Below the pieces are notes generated by a model. That model worked only from the letters and a program-made list of their open reading frames with translations, made no database searches and was not told where the DNA came from. A stretch of 56,316 nt of DNA, the filler included, from Asterionella formosa (lineage: Eukaryota): assembly GCA_002256025.1 (NCBI GenBank). It is 6 parts of 6 records of this genome, joined end to end, with 100 filler letters (N's around TTAATTAATTAA, not from the genome) between each part and the next. Parts side by side here need not be neighbours in the genome. Positions count along the whole stretch, not along the records: positions 1 to 9,309 come from NKIB01010829.1; positions 9,410 to 18,716 come from NKIB01010840.1; 4 more parts are not named here. The stretch is one strand, 5' to 3'. Positions 1-10,708 of the stretch are shown piece after piece. The translations under genes were made by a program, and so were the position numbers. Every line of letters starts with the position of its first letter. The stretch's first letter is position 1.

Positions 1-820
1 CAGCTTCTTGCACTTCAGCTTTTGATAAATGAGTCTTCATTGCAATCAGAATCATCGCAAAAACTCCTGCATCAGCAATCATCACCCTGTTTTTGTCATT
101 ATTGTAAGACAAGACAAAAATTGTTCCGCAACAAACTTCTTGCACAAAAAAGATGGATGAATGAGTCATCATTGCAGACAGAATCAAAGTTATACCTCCT
201 TCTTCATCACAAACACAATTGTACTGATACCTCCTGCTGCAGCAATCATCACCTTGTTGTTTTCATTATTATCAGCCAAGTTCGAAAGTGCTGCACAACA
301 AAGGTATTGAACTTTAGAATTGAATGAATGAGTTTTCATCGCAGACAGAATTGTAGTGATACCTTCTGCTTTAGCAATTGTCACCTTGTTGTTGTCATTA
401 TTGTAAGACAAGACAATAAGTGCTCTACAACCAGCATCTTGCACAACAAAATTTTGGATGAATGAGTCTTCATCGCAGACAGAATCAAAGTTATACCTCC
501 CTCTTCAGTAATCGTTACCCTGTTCTTGTCATTATTAACAGCCAAGTTGCTAAGTGTACCACAACCATACTCTTGCACATCATCATTGGGGGAATGAGTC
601 TTCATTGCAAACAGAATCGTAGTGATACCTCTTGCTTCAGCAATTGCCACCCTGTTCTTTTCATTCAAAGCCAAGTTCTGAAGTGCTGCACATCCATAGT
701 GTTGCATATTGATATTATATGGATGACTTTCCATCCGAGACACTATCATAGCAGTACCTCCTTCATCATTAATCATCACCTGGTTGTTGTCATTCTCAGC
801 CAACTTCCAGCAACAATGTG
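1..820 (-). pseudogene. Armadillo (ARM)-repeat array of the LRR/ARM modular family, frameshifted, runs off the contig start
   Basis: ORFs 381-803 and 190-444 encode ~42-43 aa repeats (GITTILxAMKTHSxNxxVQxYGCxALxNLAxN) like those in 20015-22951; frameshift near 450, further decay below 190. Confidence 0.85.
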
Positions 821-1004
821 ATTATTGTTAAAGAAGATCATATAGAGAAAGCTATCAATGTTTAGAAAATATGATCCTACTTTGACTTTTCTTTCTTTTC
901 TATGATAATGCAATTTGTAATAGATACAAAAAATATTAATCAATCCTCATAAATAAAACCATATTGACTACTTCCCATGTAGGGTCAATATGAAAGGTGC
1001 TCCA

Positions 1005-1183
1005 TAACCTTTTTCTTGCACACCAGCATTAAAAAAAAATGATTTTAAATAGCAGACTCAATTGCATCTTTTCCACCAGCATTGGAAATCATTGCCTGGT
1101 TGTTGTCATTTTTATAAGCCAAATTCTGAAGTGCTGCACAACCATAGTGTTGCACATCCACATTAGAGGAATGATTATTCATC
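1005..1183 (-). pseudogene. ARM-module fragment fused directly to a truncated Copia integrase
   Basis: tagcagactcaattgcatcttttccaccagcattggaaatc matches 22116-22160 of the long LRR-ARM ORF; homology stops at ~1183, where integrase sequence begins. Confidence 0.75.
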
Positions 1184-3650
1184 ACAAACACAATAGGCAA
1201 TCAATAACCCACATCATGCAAAAGCACCAGAACGTCAGTGGAGCTGTTGCCAAGCGTAGAGATAAAATAGTTCGAGATTTAATGTCCCAGATCTTGAGCT
1301 CTGCCTGGTTCTGGTTTTGGTTGTGTGGGACAGAATGGATTTGTTTTGTGATGTTTTCCCGGCTTGTTTTTAGTCCACAATGTGCCAGACTGAGTTTGAG
1401 AGTTGTCAGTCAACAGAATGTTGGGAGCTCCAACCTCACGCACAAAATCCTGGTATGCTCCATGTGAATGTGCCTCTCTAAACATACACTGTGCAAACAG
1501 AAATTGCGATGGAATATGAATGAAGAGTTGCACACATGAGTAGTTCCGGATAGACTTGATAGATGAGAAAAACCTATCCGAATCTGTCCTGCCATCAAGT
1601 CAATTAGGATGAAGAGGAATTAGACGCCTCTTTCGATGCTGTCTGGGTGCTTCTCTATTCTCCATTTCAACTGTTTGGGTAAAGAGCAGTGTTGTTGCTT
1701 CGAGTGTCTTCTTGGTAACAATCTCAGTTGAATTTCCAAGACGTTTCTCCCATAGAGTTGGCTCCTCTTCAACAATGCTTCCGCGTCCCCTCCTAGATGA
1801 CTGCTTTAACAACTCAGATGAGTTGCTGGGAATTCGTGGTGTCAACCAATGAATTGTATGGGAGTTTGCTTCTTCGATTGTAGGTAGGCAAACATTGAAT
1901 GTAAGAAGTTTTTCATCATCAGTGAACAATAGTTTAATCTGAATGTCGACCTCAATGCATTGCAAACCGCCATCCCGTTCAGAAATGTCATGAACAATAA
2001 CATTATTATACCTCATCACATGAGTGTTGATCAGCACCTCTGTTTGTTCTGGTCTTTCATCAAAGGCTGCTCCCCCCAACCCAAGTAAATAGGTTTCTTT
2101 TGTTTCTGGATGTTCATAAGCAGTGACTAAATTGACAATTGGAAGAGTAGGTCCATCCATATTGGCCCCCCAACCATGCAGTTTTGCGCTCTTGCTCACT
2201 TTTTCCAGAACTCTCCATCCGACTCCGCCAATGACCTCAAATTCAGTTCCTACTGGGTTGTGACGTCCCTTTTTCTTTTTCCTGGGAGTCTCCTTCTTAG
2301 ATTTCTTCTTTTGGATACTTGTTGTAGGATTTATTTCCTGGTCAATATCATCTCCATCATCCTCACTGTCTTTGTCATCAGAGTCCTTGATTTTCACATG
2401 AGGTGTAGCCATATTGCATAATCCAGAAGCTGAGGTCTTTGTCCTTCTAGCCTTCTTCTTGCGCTTTCTTGTCTTTGGCTTGTTCTTGGAGTGGCATCCC
2501 TTGTCAGATTCGACTGAGTTGTCATCTTTCTTGGCATCTCCATTGGTGCCAGTCAACTTGTCGACATAAATTGCCCTTCCTTCATTATTCCAGACACTTC
2601 TCCACTTAAATAGATCTTTCTTGATAGAATTGGATTTAATTGTATTGAGTAAGTGTGTGGGGAGGAATGGAATTTGGTTGTCTTTAGATGATTTAGGTGT
2701 GGCACCGCCTTTACTTGTAGAAGTTGTTGCTGTTCTCTGCTCCGAATTCGTTGAACACACTCATCAAAAGTCTTGTTGGTGTCACCACGAAGGTTCTGAA
2801 TGCAAACATCATAGTCTTCATCCTCAATTTGGTCAAGGAATTTAGTCCGTTTTGTTGCTTCAGTGTAGCCTTCATGTTTATCTTCCAACTTTCGACTGCA
2901 GAGAATGAACGTGTTTATGTACTCGTTAGCTTTCACCTTATTGGACAGTCGTAACTCATTGAGTCGATTCCTGTAGTGATCAATAAGGGTCCTTGATACT
3001 TCTGCTTTTCCATACCACATCTTTAATCCAGTCCAGGCATCATGACCACTCTGGAGCCCAGTTGCATCAATTATATGATGTGCAGTCCCCTTATACAGTG
3101 CTTTCTTCAGCATGTTGTATAATTCACGGTCATGTGCCATACCTACTGTATCAGCTGGTACTGGCTTGCCTATATCTGTCTAAAGTGTTGCATATGCCAT
3201 CTGCCCAAGTGTTGCACCTGTACCAATGTACCATTCCTCCTAGTCAATTGGATCCCCGGAAAAATCCTTGAGTGCATCAACATATATTTTCGGGGCCCCA
3301 CGCGTAGGGTCTACAGGCATGGCTGGTACTGCTGGTACAACTGCTTGTGCCGTAGTGGCCATGGGCATGCTTAGTGTCACCATGACATTCTGCATAGTTG
3401 TTTGGACGTTTACGACATGTCCTCTTGCGAGAGATGTCCCAAGTCTTGCCAACTTGCGCCTAAGCAGGATAGAAGAGTTGGGAAGTAACTGGACGATGTC
3501 CGCTTCTTCGAGGACGGAAAGGTTGTCTGTATTTGTCAGACCGGCGTTTGCGAGTGTTTCCAACTCATGTTGAGTCATTCCAGACAATTCCACCAGTTTC
3601 GGATCCATGGTTCTACTAGTCACTCTTCGTCGGTTCATGAACTAGTAGAC

Positions 3651-3664
3651 TCGGTCTCATAATC
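3651..3664 (-). promoter_or_regulatory. Primer binding site complementary to the tRNA-Met anticodon arm (half-tRNA priming type)
   Basis: + strand tcggtctcataatc(tga) matches the eukaryotic elongator tRNA-Met anticodon arm (TCAGTCTCATAATCTGA) and lies immediately inside the LTR. Confidence 0.7.
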
Positions 3665-3921
3665 TGATAAGATGCTACTATCTAAAGACGAATTGGCCTG
3701 TTAGTGCCCTGCTGTAATGGTAGGTCCAACAAGTTGTGATTTGAGGCTGTTCCAGCAGTACTTTTTACTAGGTTAGTAAGTATCTACGTAGATGGTACAA
3801 CCACGTTGTACCAGCCAGTACCCATCAAGTACTATGGATATCTGATTCATCAGTTGGTGCGGTAAGCGGTAAGTCACCAATGACCCGGAGAACCCGAGCA
3901 ATCTTGTTCCCATATTTATCA
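3665..3921 (-). repeat. 5' LTR (257 bp) of the copia element
   Basis: 6-bp terminal inverted repeats (TG...CA); PBS on the inner side; the outer end abuts the LRR-family 5' cassette at ttcgggtgaaaag. Confidence 0.8.
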
Positions 3922-4135
3922 TTCGGGTGAAAAGTGTTTTTTTGTGTTAAAACTCCTTTTCTCGTGCTGCCAAAATAGTTTCTCTACCACTTGTCGTAGA
4001 ATTCTACGCCACTCATTCCTCCTGCATGATAGAAAGAAGATGCCGGAAATTTTGTCAACCCTCATAAAATCGGTACCAGTACAGCTACATAAGATGCATG
4101 ATGATGATTGTATGTACATGACTGTTCTGGATATT
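3922..4135 (-). promoter_or_regulatory. Conserved upstream/5'UTR cassette of the LRR gene family (copy cut off from its gene by the copia insertion)
   Basis: Closely matches 7625-7860 and 19420-19600, both of which lie directly 5' of MPRWEEDVK LRR ORFs. Confidence 0.75.
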
Positions 4136-4203
4136 CAACTTACTCAGGTAGAGAAAGTCAACAATTTTCTCCTTTCCTTGTTCAGAAAAAACATTTTAAG
4201 CAG

Positions 4204-4328
4204 CAGGGACACGAACAAACTTTTCCCTGCAGCACCATGCTGTGCTGCCTTGTAGAGCACAAATTTTCAGGGACACGAACAAACTTTTCCCTGCAGCGCC
4301 ATGCTGTGCTGCCTTGTAGAGCACAAAT
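4204..4328. repeat. 64-bp tandem duplication
   Basis: cagggacacgaacaaacttttccctgcagc...tagagcacaaat at 4204 and 4268. Confidence 0.9.
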
Positions 4329-4627
4329 GATTGAGATTCTAGGTTTGTTTGCACAGGAATGGAACAACAAAGGTTGTCTCATTGTCACTGTCAAACAGAA
4401 ATGCGTCATGAACTTCTATGACCTGGCTGCAGGTGGTACCATTGGATGAACTAATCACCACCACAGCAAATGGTGCGCAAAGAAGAGAAGGCCTTGAGTC
4501 CTTGTTTGAAACAAGATTTTCCATAATGCAGACGACAAGCTGTAGCTCCAATTTGAAAGTATATTGTGTTTTCCTACAAGAGTTGTTCACTTCGATTGTC
4601 AAGAATTCCAAACAGCATAAGAAAAAA

Positions 4628-4745
4628 TTCTTCTCGCTCGCCATCATTAGATTCATGAGAGGAATTCTTCTCGTTATTAAATTCATTACAAGATTTCTTC
4701 TCGCTATACAATTCATGAGAAGATTCCTTCTCGTTATTAAATTGG
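4628..4745. repeat. ~30-bp minisatellite (ttcttctcgttattaaattc...), about 4 units
   Basis: Visible periodic units; encodes EFNNEKxSxH repeats on the minus strand and lies next to (CCCTAA)3. Confidence 0.75.
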
Positions 4746-4774
4746 CCACGATGGCAGGCTTGCTCGCGCACAAG

Positions 4775-4793
4775 CCCTAACCCTAACCCTAAC
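4775..4793 (+). repeat. Interstitial telomere-type repeat (CCCTAA)3
   Basis: ccctaaccctaaccctaac; shorter tracts at 4930-4946, 4973-4989, 27538-27550, 48477-48489. Confidence 0.8.
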
Positions 4794-4856
4794 TCTTGAT
4801 ATCAAAAGACAAACAACTTGTACTAACACATTCATTCTCATACCAGTTTCCATCTA

Positions 4857-4990
4857 TAGGATTAGTCATACTGCGTGCTACAGTTACATGTCCAGCCCTA
4901 GAAGGGCTGGATGCTCCATAGGGAAGACGCCTAACCCTAACCCTAATGACGCCTAGAGGCGTCTTCCCTTTTCCTTAACCCTAACCCTAT
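4857..4990. repeat. Double-hairpin element with telomeric repeats, copy 1
   Basis: CCAGCCCT-AGA-AGGGCTGG and AGGGAAGACGCC...GGCGTCTTCCCT followed by CCCTAA units; homologous to 27456-27550. Confidence 0.8.
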
Positions 4991-5280
4991 GTATCCTACC
5001 AAGAAATTCGAGATACAAGAATCTAATAGAAACAATACATATAATAATTAAATATATGTAGTCAAAAGGCTTCCTAATTAAATTACAATGCATCATGGAA
5101 ACATGATAGTTTTTATTTGCAGACAAAGCCTGGATCAATAAAAAGCTGTTGTCAGATTCTTGGGGCTTTGATAATACTATTTCAGTTACTGATCAGGCAT
5201 ATGCAAGTAATAGGAAGAATGCTTGCATACACCTTGGCAGTATTTCAAAACATTTCATGCATTTTGGTCAATTGGCTGAT

Positions 5281-7563
5281 TCAACCAGAAAACATTTGGA
5301 AGAACTTGCTGGCTAAAACATTTAAGACCACAGGAAATGCGACCTTCTGAAACAGAGCCTGTAGTTTGCCTATCTTCTGCATTTTCCCCTCATGCTGCTG
5401 CAAAAGTGGTTTGAACTTAGAGAGGAACAAGGCCTTCTCTGCCTCTGTCGCTGCTAGTTTCTCATCATAAGAGCGCTGCAGCTGTTCTTGGAACTTTGCC
5501 CGCTCCTCAGCACTCAATGCCTGGTTTAACAACTGCATCTCTTTTAGCTTAAGAAGCGCCACAGTGCTCTCTTCTTGCAACTTCGCAAACTGTTTGTCAT
5601 AGTCAGCCTCACGGCATTTTATCATATTATGCAGATTGGAGATCTCCTGGGCATGTTCCAATGAATGCGATGTTAGCCGAGATTTCATCTCTTGCTTTAG
5701 TGTCTCATTGATACGAAATAATTCCTTGGTATCGGCTGCATACCTCTCCTGATCTTCTCGGTAGCATCGCTCCCGATCAAGCTCAGTAGCCTGTTTTTTT
5801 TGCCACAATGTGTATTGAGACTCTAATGCATGTAGATCTAGCTCTAAGTCTGCTTTATCAAAATGGCTGCCCATATTGCGCAATTCATGCAGGTGCTCTT
5901 TTGCTTTCTCAAATTGGTAGTTTACCACATATCCCTTAAACAAAGCAACATGTTCTGTAATAAAATTCCGTAACCGTAGCTGGATAGAATTCAACATCCG
6001 CTCTACACAAATGTTGTCGATCACACGAAGCTTTTGTAGCACTTGCCAGCAGGAGCTTGCCTTGCCATGGGCTCCACAATCAAGTTCCTTTTGCAGCGTA
6101 TTGCTTTGCTTTTCTACAATCTCTAATAACTTTTGCTCATCATTGGCTGTCAGTACTGTCTGAAACATTTTACATGACTGAGATTCCGGAATACCCTTGA
6201 GCGCAGCAATCTCAATGGCACATTTTTCCTGCTTCCAGAAGTCTGATCCGCCACGGTCCAGCGGGTCATACAAAAACAAGCGCTTAGACAATACTTTCAT
6301 GACTTCGGGCGTGTCTTCTAACAGCCATTCTTTAAGAGTTTGTAAGTCTCCATCCTTGGGTGCTTGTGTAACGCCAAGTAGTAGGGCATCTTTGAAACGT
6401 TCTAGGTTGGCCGTGCTCCCAAACAGCTTTATACATATTTCCAGCATTTCCATAAGACCACGGCCACGGTCAGCCAAAAGGCTAAAGTAGTTGATCAGGA
6501 TAAGCACCTTCACACACTTGGCTTCTTGCAAAGCACGCTTGATGTTGACTGCATTTGCAATGTTGATCTCCGCGCCCCTATTGTCTAAAAACCCGGGGCA
6601 GTCGCAATAGGCTTGCGCAGGGTTACCAAGGTCTGCTGCTATGTGGGGCATGAATGTCTTAGACATTTTATCATGGCCTATTGGCATGACTTCATCGCAT
6701 TGGCCACCTTCCAACTTTGACCTTACCACAACAACTTTCTGTAAACCCGTGATACCAAGCTCTTTGGGGTTTTTCTCTATCATATCACAGCCCAGCAAGT
6801 AGTTGACAAATGTGCTCTTACCGGCTCCGGTATTCCCGATCACAATCACTGCATCCTTATCTGCAATCTTTTTCGCATTCTCTGCTCCTTCTGAAACACA
6901 CAATGTAAGCAGGGTAATGCTTTCTAATTCGCTCAACAAACACATTGGGTCAGCTAGCTTTTTATTTAAAAGGCTGCGTGCCTTCTCTATTGGAGTGGTT
7001 AGGGAAGAAGGATGTCCTGCATTTGTTGTTGTTGTTGATGATGTTGGCTGAGTTGTGTTGGCTACTGTTGGTTTGCGGTTCTTGTTTGCATCAATGAGTT
7101 TGTTAAAATCATTTAGTAAATCATCACCAATCAAATTATCAATGAGATCAAGTGAAGTCAAGACAGTATTGACCTTGAGAGCCTCTGCAATGGCCTTGGC
7201 TCCATCATTACCAATTGAATTACCTCAGAAATAAAGTTCAGTCAAGACAGTATTGACCTTGAGAGCCTCTGCAATGGCCTTGGCTCCGTCATCACCAATC
7301 GAATTATCAAAGAGATTAAGTGTAGTCAAGACAGTATTGACCTTGAGAGCCTCTGCAATGGCCTTGGCTCCGTCAACACCAATGGAATCATTAGAGAGAG
7401 AAAGTTCAGTCAAGGCAGTATTGACTTTAAGAGCCTCTGCAATGGCCTTGGCTCCGTCATTACCAATTGAATTACCAATGAGATTAAGAGTAGTCAAACT
7501 TGGATCATTCGCTTTCAACTGTTTGACATCTTCTTCCCATCTAGGCATTGTAAATGTTGTCAT
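5281..7563 (-). CDS. LRR (5 ribonuclease-inhibitor-like units) + linker + P-loop GTPase + coiled coil; one in-frame TGA at 7225-7227 (probable pseudogene)
   Basis: ORFs 7225-7563 and 5281-7161 are in the same frame, separated by TGA plus 21 LRR codons. G1 GNTGAGKS, probable G2 SKT, G3 DCPG; Glu/Gln/Lys-rich helical C-terminus. Confidence 0.85.
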
Positions 7564-7624
7564 CTTGGATGTAATGGAAGTTTTCTATTCTGTTGACAAA
7601 CAACTTCTTTTTATGTTCTATTTG

Positions 7625-7907
7625 GAGTGAAAAGTGTTTTTTGTCTTCAAACTTTTTTTCTTGTGCTGCCAAAATAGTTTCTTTACGACATTACGTAGAG
7701 TTCTACGTAAAAGATGTAACTCATTCCTGATGCATGACTCATTCCTCATGCATGATAGATGATGCCGGAACTTTGTGTCCATCCTCATGAATTGGTGACA
7801 GTAGTACATATATCTACATATTATGCATGATGATGATCGTATGTATACGATTGGACTACCGGTATGGATACGATTCGACTGGGGAGTGATGAAAGAAAGG
7901 GCTTATA
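7625..7907 (-). promoter_or_regulatory. Conserved upstream cassette of the LRR family
   Basis: Homologous to 19420-19642 and 3922-4135; contains the near-palindrome ttacgtagagttctacgtaa (7691-7710). Confidence 0.75.
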
Positions 7908-9309
7908 TGTACCTTTATGTCAAGATTTAGTACTGCGTGCATATTAGTTCAGTCGAACTAATCAATCTTGAATAATATTCCAGCCAAAATCCCGTATTGA
8001 AATGCTGTGAGAATTTGAACAGCATTGATTGCCAAGAACTATATCAGCAAACCAAGGTAAATATTCGAATGGAGAATGTTCTAAGTAATCAATATTTCAA
8101 TGAAGGAAAGGTATAAATATTCGAATGGAGAATGTTCTAAGTAATCAATATTTCAATGAAGGAAAGGTATATATGCAATGCAGATAGCATTGAATATTCA
8201 CGATTGTTCTACTAAGTGGTGAGTGGAGTTGAGTTGTCAGTTGAGAATTGAATGTCTAACAACACAATGAATATCTATATACAAATTTACAAATTTGGGA
8301 AGAGAACCTTAATAATTGGTCATGTGAAAGATTACAAGATAGATCAAATAAGCTCACAATAAGGTGGGATTAGAACAGAAGGTTTTAATACACTGAGCTT
8401 GTCTAGAAAGAGCTAGCATTGCAGTCAGACTGCAGAAGAATTTAACACGCTTGCAAGCGGATCAACTTCGTTTTGCAACATGACTGAAGACAAAGGTGAG
8501 ACCATTCGCCTTGTGAAGTTTGATGGCGAGGACGCCAATTGGCATGAGTGGAGTGTGAAGACACTTGCACTAGCCAAGACAAGAGGATTCAAGAATGCCT
8601 ACATGAAGGATACCAATCCATGCAGCGATGCTGTCTACAAAACTACAGACAAAGACGATGTCAAGAAGATCTACGAGATGAACGATCGCGCATACCAGCT
8701 CCTGATTATGAGTTGCACTGGGATTGCGTTTGGTTTGGTTAACCAAGCCAAGACAAAGAATCATCAAGACGGCGATGCATTCCTTGCTTGGACCTACCTC
8801 AAGGCTCGCTATGTTCCTAATGCTACAAGCGACTTAATCCAACTGTCAGGACAGTTCAACAAGTGCATCTGTGAGGGGAAGACGCAAGACCCAGATGAGT
8901 GGTTCATCCAACTCGAGTTGTTGAGGAATCGAATGGCGACAATTGATTCTGCTTAAGAAAAGAAGGATCTCGAGATGATTGCCCACATACTTGACAAACT
9001 ACCTAAGGAGTACTCAGAAGTGGTGACAATGGTTGAGGCTATGCCCTCCCTAACACTAGAAGACCTTAAGGCCAAGATACGTGCGTTCTTCAAACGCAAG
9101 TTTAAGAACGAAAAGTCGGATGGCGAACTTGCTCTTGCTGCCTTTGGAACTAAGTTCAAAGGACTCTGCCGCTCTTGCGGCAAGCAAGGACACAAGGCAG
9201 CCGATTGTCGAGTCAAGAACAAGACACACGGCGACGGAAACAGGCCTCCTCCGAAAGGCGTCAAGTGTTTCAATTGCAACAAGCATGCCGGACATATCGC
9301 AAAAGATTG
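7908..9309 (+). mobile_element. 5' part of a second copia-type LTR retrotransposon (LTR-like leader + gag with two zinc knuckles), cut by the contig end
   Basis: Starts with TGT where homology to the LRR upstream cassette ends. Gag 8480-9309 (FDGEDANWHEW, DPDEW, CRSCGKQGHKAADC, CFNCNKHAGHIAKD) has an in-frame TAA at 8954-8956. Inner LTR boundary and PBS not resolved. Confidence 0.8.
8059..8170. repeat. Perfect 56-bp tandem duplication in the retrotransposon leader
   Basis: aaatattcgaatggagaatg...gaaggaaaggtat at 8059-8114 and 8115-8170. Confidence 0.95.
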
Positions 9310-9409
9310 NNNNNNNNNNNNNNNNNNNNNNNNNNNNNNNNNNNNNNNNNNNNTTAATTAATTAANNNNNNNNNNNNNNNNNNNNNNNNNNNNNNNNNNN
9401 NNNNNNNNN
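9310..9409. other. Artificial contig-joining spacer (N44-TTAATTAATTAA-N44); also at 18717-18816, 28122-28221, 37525-37624, 46921-47020
   Basis: Identical 100-nt spacer with stops in all six frames; flanking segments are 9309, 9307, 9305, 9303, 9296 and 9296 bp, i.e. length-sorted. Confidence 0.97.
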
Positions 9410-9878
9410 AGTAGGTGAACAAGCAAGGAATCTGCTGGACTGAAGATATATGTGTTAGCCATATCACAGGATTTACTGAAATCAATAAACAAGCTTCCCC
9501 TGAGCGTCAATTGATCATATCTTTGCTGTAAGACTCCAAATGTTGACCTGGCTTGTAAGGATACACAAAGAAGTTTGAATCTTGATGTTTAGTATGTTGT
9601 TATCCTTCATCAATTGGACCACTGGAACTTGAGAGGACATCAACAATATTAATTCTAATTGGACTCTTTTTGAATTCAAAGTGAAGTATCTAACTAGAAG
9701 TAGTAGTATTTGTTGAATATATGAGCTTATTTGTTAATCCTTGTGTGTAACTCGTTCTCCAAGTCGACACCAAAGTATACAATGAGGGTTAGTCGAGTTC
9801 TCTCATTATTGAGTTCTTATACATACATGATATAACACTAACCCTATATACATCTGTATTGATGCGCAAGATCGCTCA
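9410..9878 (-). repeat. Interspersed LTR-like repeat at the left end of contig 2
   Basis: 9691-9878 is the reverse complement of 18529-18716 (about 2 mismatches); 9410-9462 is the reverse complement of 28222-28274. Confidence 0.85.
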
Positions 9879-10708
9879 CGGAGTACCGGTAGTTGTGTAT
9901 GTTCATGGATATCATTAACGTTCCCTACCTGTATGTACAAGGTGACGGGTATGATGATACCAGGTGCTTCATTTGCAGTACTGGTAGGGTCATTCAGACG
10001 AAAATCTATTCGTGTTCGCCCTCAAGTTCTACCGGTAGTCGTAGTTTTTTCTTCATATTAGCTATAGTACCTGGTACGGTACCTGGTACCAGGTACCAGG
10101 GACATAGTATTACTGTATCATGGCTATTATGGGAAATATAGAACATGTAGTTGTGTATGGTGTTCATGGACACCGCGTATACCAGTACGACAAGTTATTC
10201 TACCAGGTACTTTGCTTATTTGTAGCAGTGTCTTCCAGAAAATCTATTCGTATTCTCGCCCTTAAGTTCTAGTCGTAATCCGCAAATTCTATTCGTTGTC
10301 ATACCACTATAAAAAATATATAGTTAAAGAAGACAAGATTAGCTTTCACCAATGCGACCGCTTTGCTTATGCTTAGATACAGTCATTGCTAGACTTAGGG
10401 GCATGTTACATACCGGTATACAGATATGATATTAGACTCCGACCGTAGCCAAATAAACGATGCGTTTAAATTGGTTTACTGGTAGATTGTGGGTATACTT
10501 TGGTCTTGGTCGAGAATGCCCCCTTACCGACCAAATATCCTCCGATCGTGGCAGATAAAGGAAGTGTTTCTATTGGTTTAGATTGTGGCTCGCACCATCA
10601 GCAGAACAGACATACCGGTATTCTGAAAATTTTTATGTCCGACATGCAGCAATCGTGCCAAATCGCACAAATGGCGAACGACAAATCGAATTTTCCTGCC
10701 GGTATATA

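Larger units (their letters stand above)
1184..3921 (-). mobile_element. Truncated, decayed Ty1/copia (diatom CoDi-like) LTR retrotransposon: 5' LTR, PBS, gag, partial integrase
   Basis: LTR 3665-3921 with TGATAA...TTATCA ends; gag in broken ORFs 3240-3638 and 2553-3140; ORF 1600-2760; integrase core fragments (FVREVGAPNILLTDN, QNQAE, APLTFWCFC) at 1184-1600. Gag-then-integrase order indicates copia; no RT/RNaseH or 3' LTR present. Confidence 0.85.

Noticed and set aside
22..821. Plus-strand ORFs opposite the ARM/LRR genes, and the many other short ORFs in the track
   Set aside because: Antisense shadows of repetitive coding sequence or chance ORFs with no recognisable motifs.
3648..3668. 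tRNA-Met gene
   Set aside because: Only the anticodon arm matches; its position identifies it as a retrotransposon PBS.
4775..4990. True chromosome end
   Set aside because: Tracts are only 2-3 units long and internal to the contig.
7225..7227. Selenocysteine or programmed readthrough at the TGA
   Set aside because: No SECIS identified, the position is a variable surface residue, and sibling genes are also disabled, so a nonsense mutation is simpler.
7130..7510. LRR nucleotide repeats as a CRISPR array (constant repeat + variable spacer)
   Set aside because: The 84-bp period is in frame and protein coding, the variable parts are homologous to each other, no cas genes are present and the context is eukaryotic.
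8954..8956. Programmed gag readthrough
   Set aside because: The stop is mid-gag, before the zinc knuckles, not at a gag-pol boundary; likely a point mutation.
9310..9409. Repeated TTAATTAATTAA within N runs as a biological motif; gene neighbourhoods across these points
   Set aside because: Identical artificial spacers between length-sorted contigs; adjacency across them carries no meaning.
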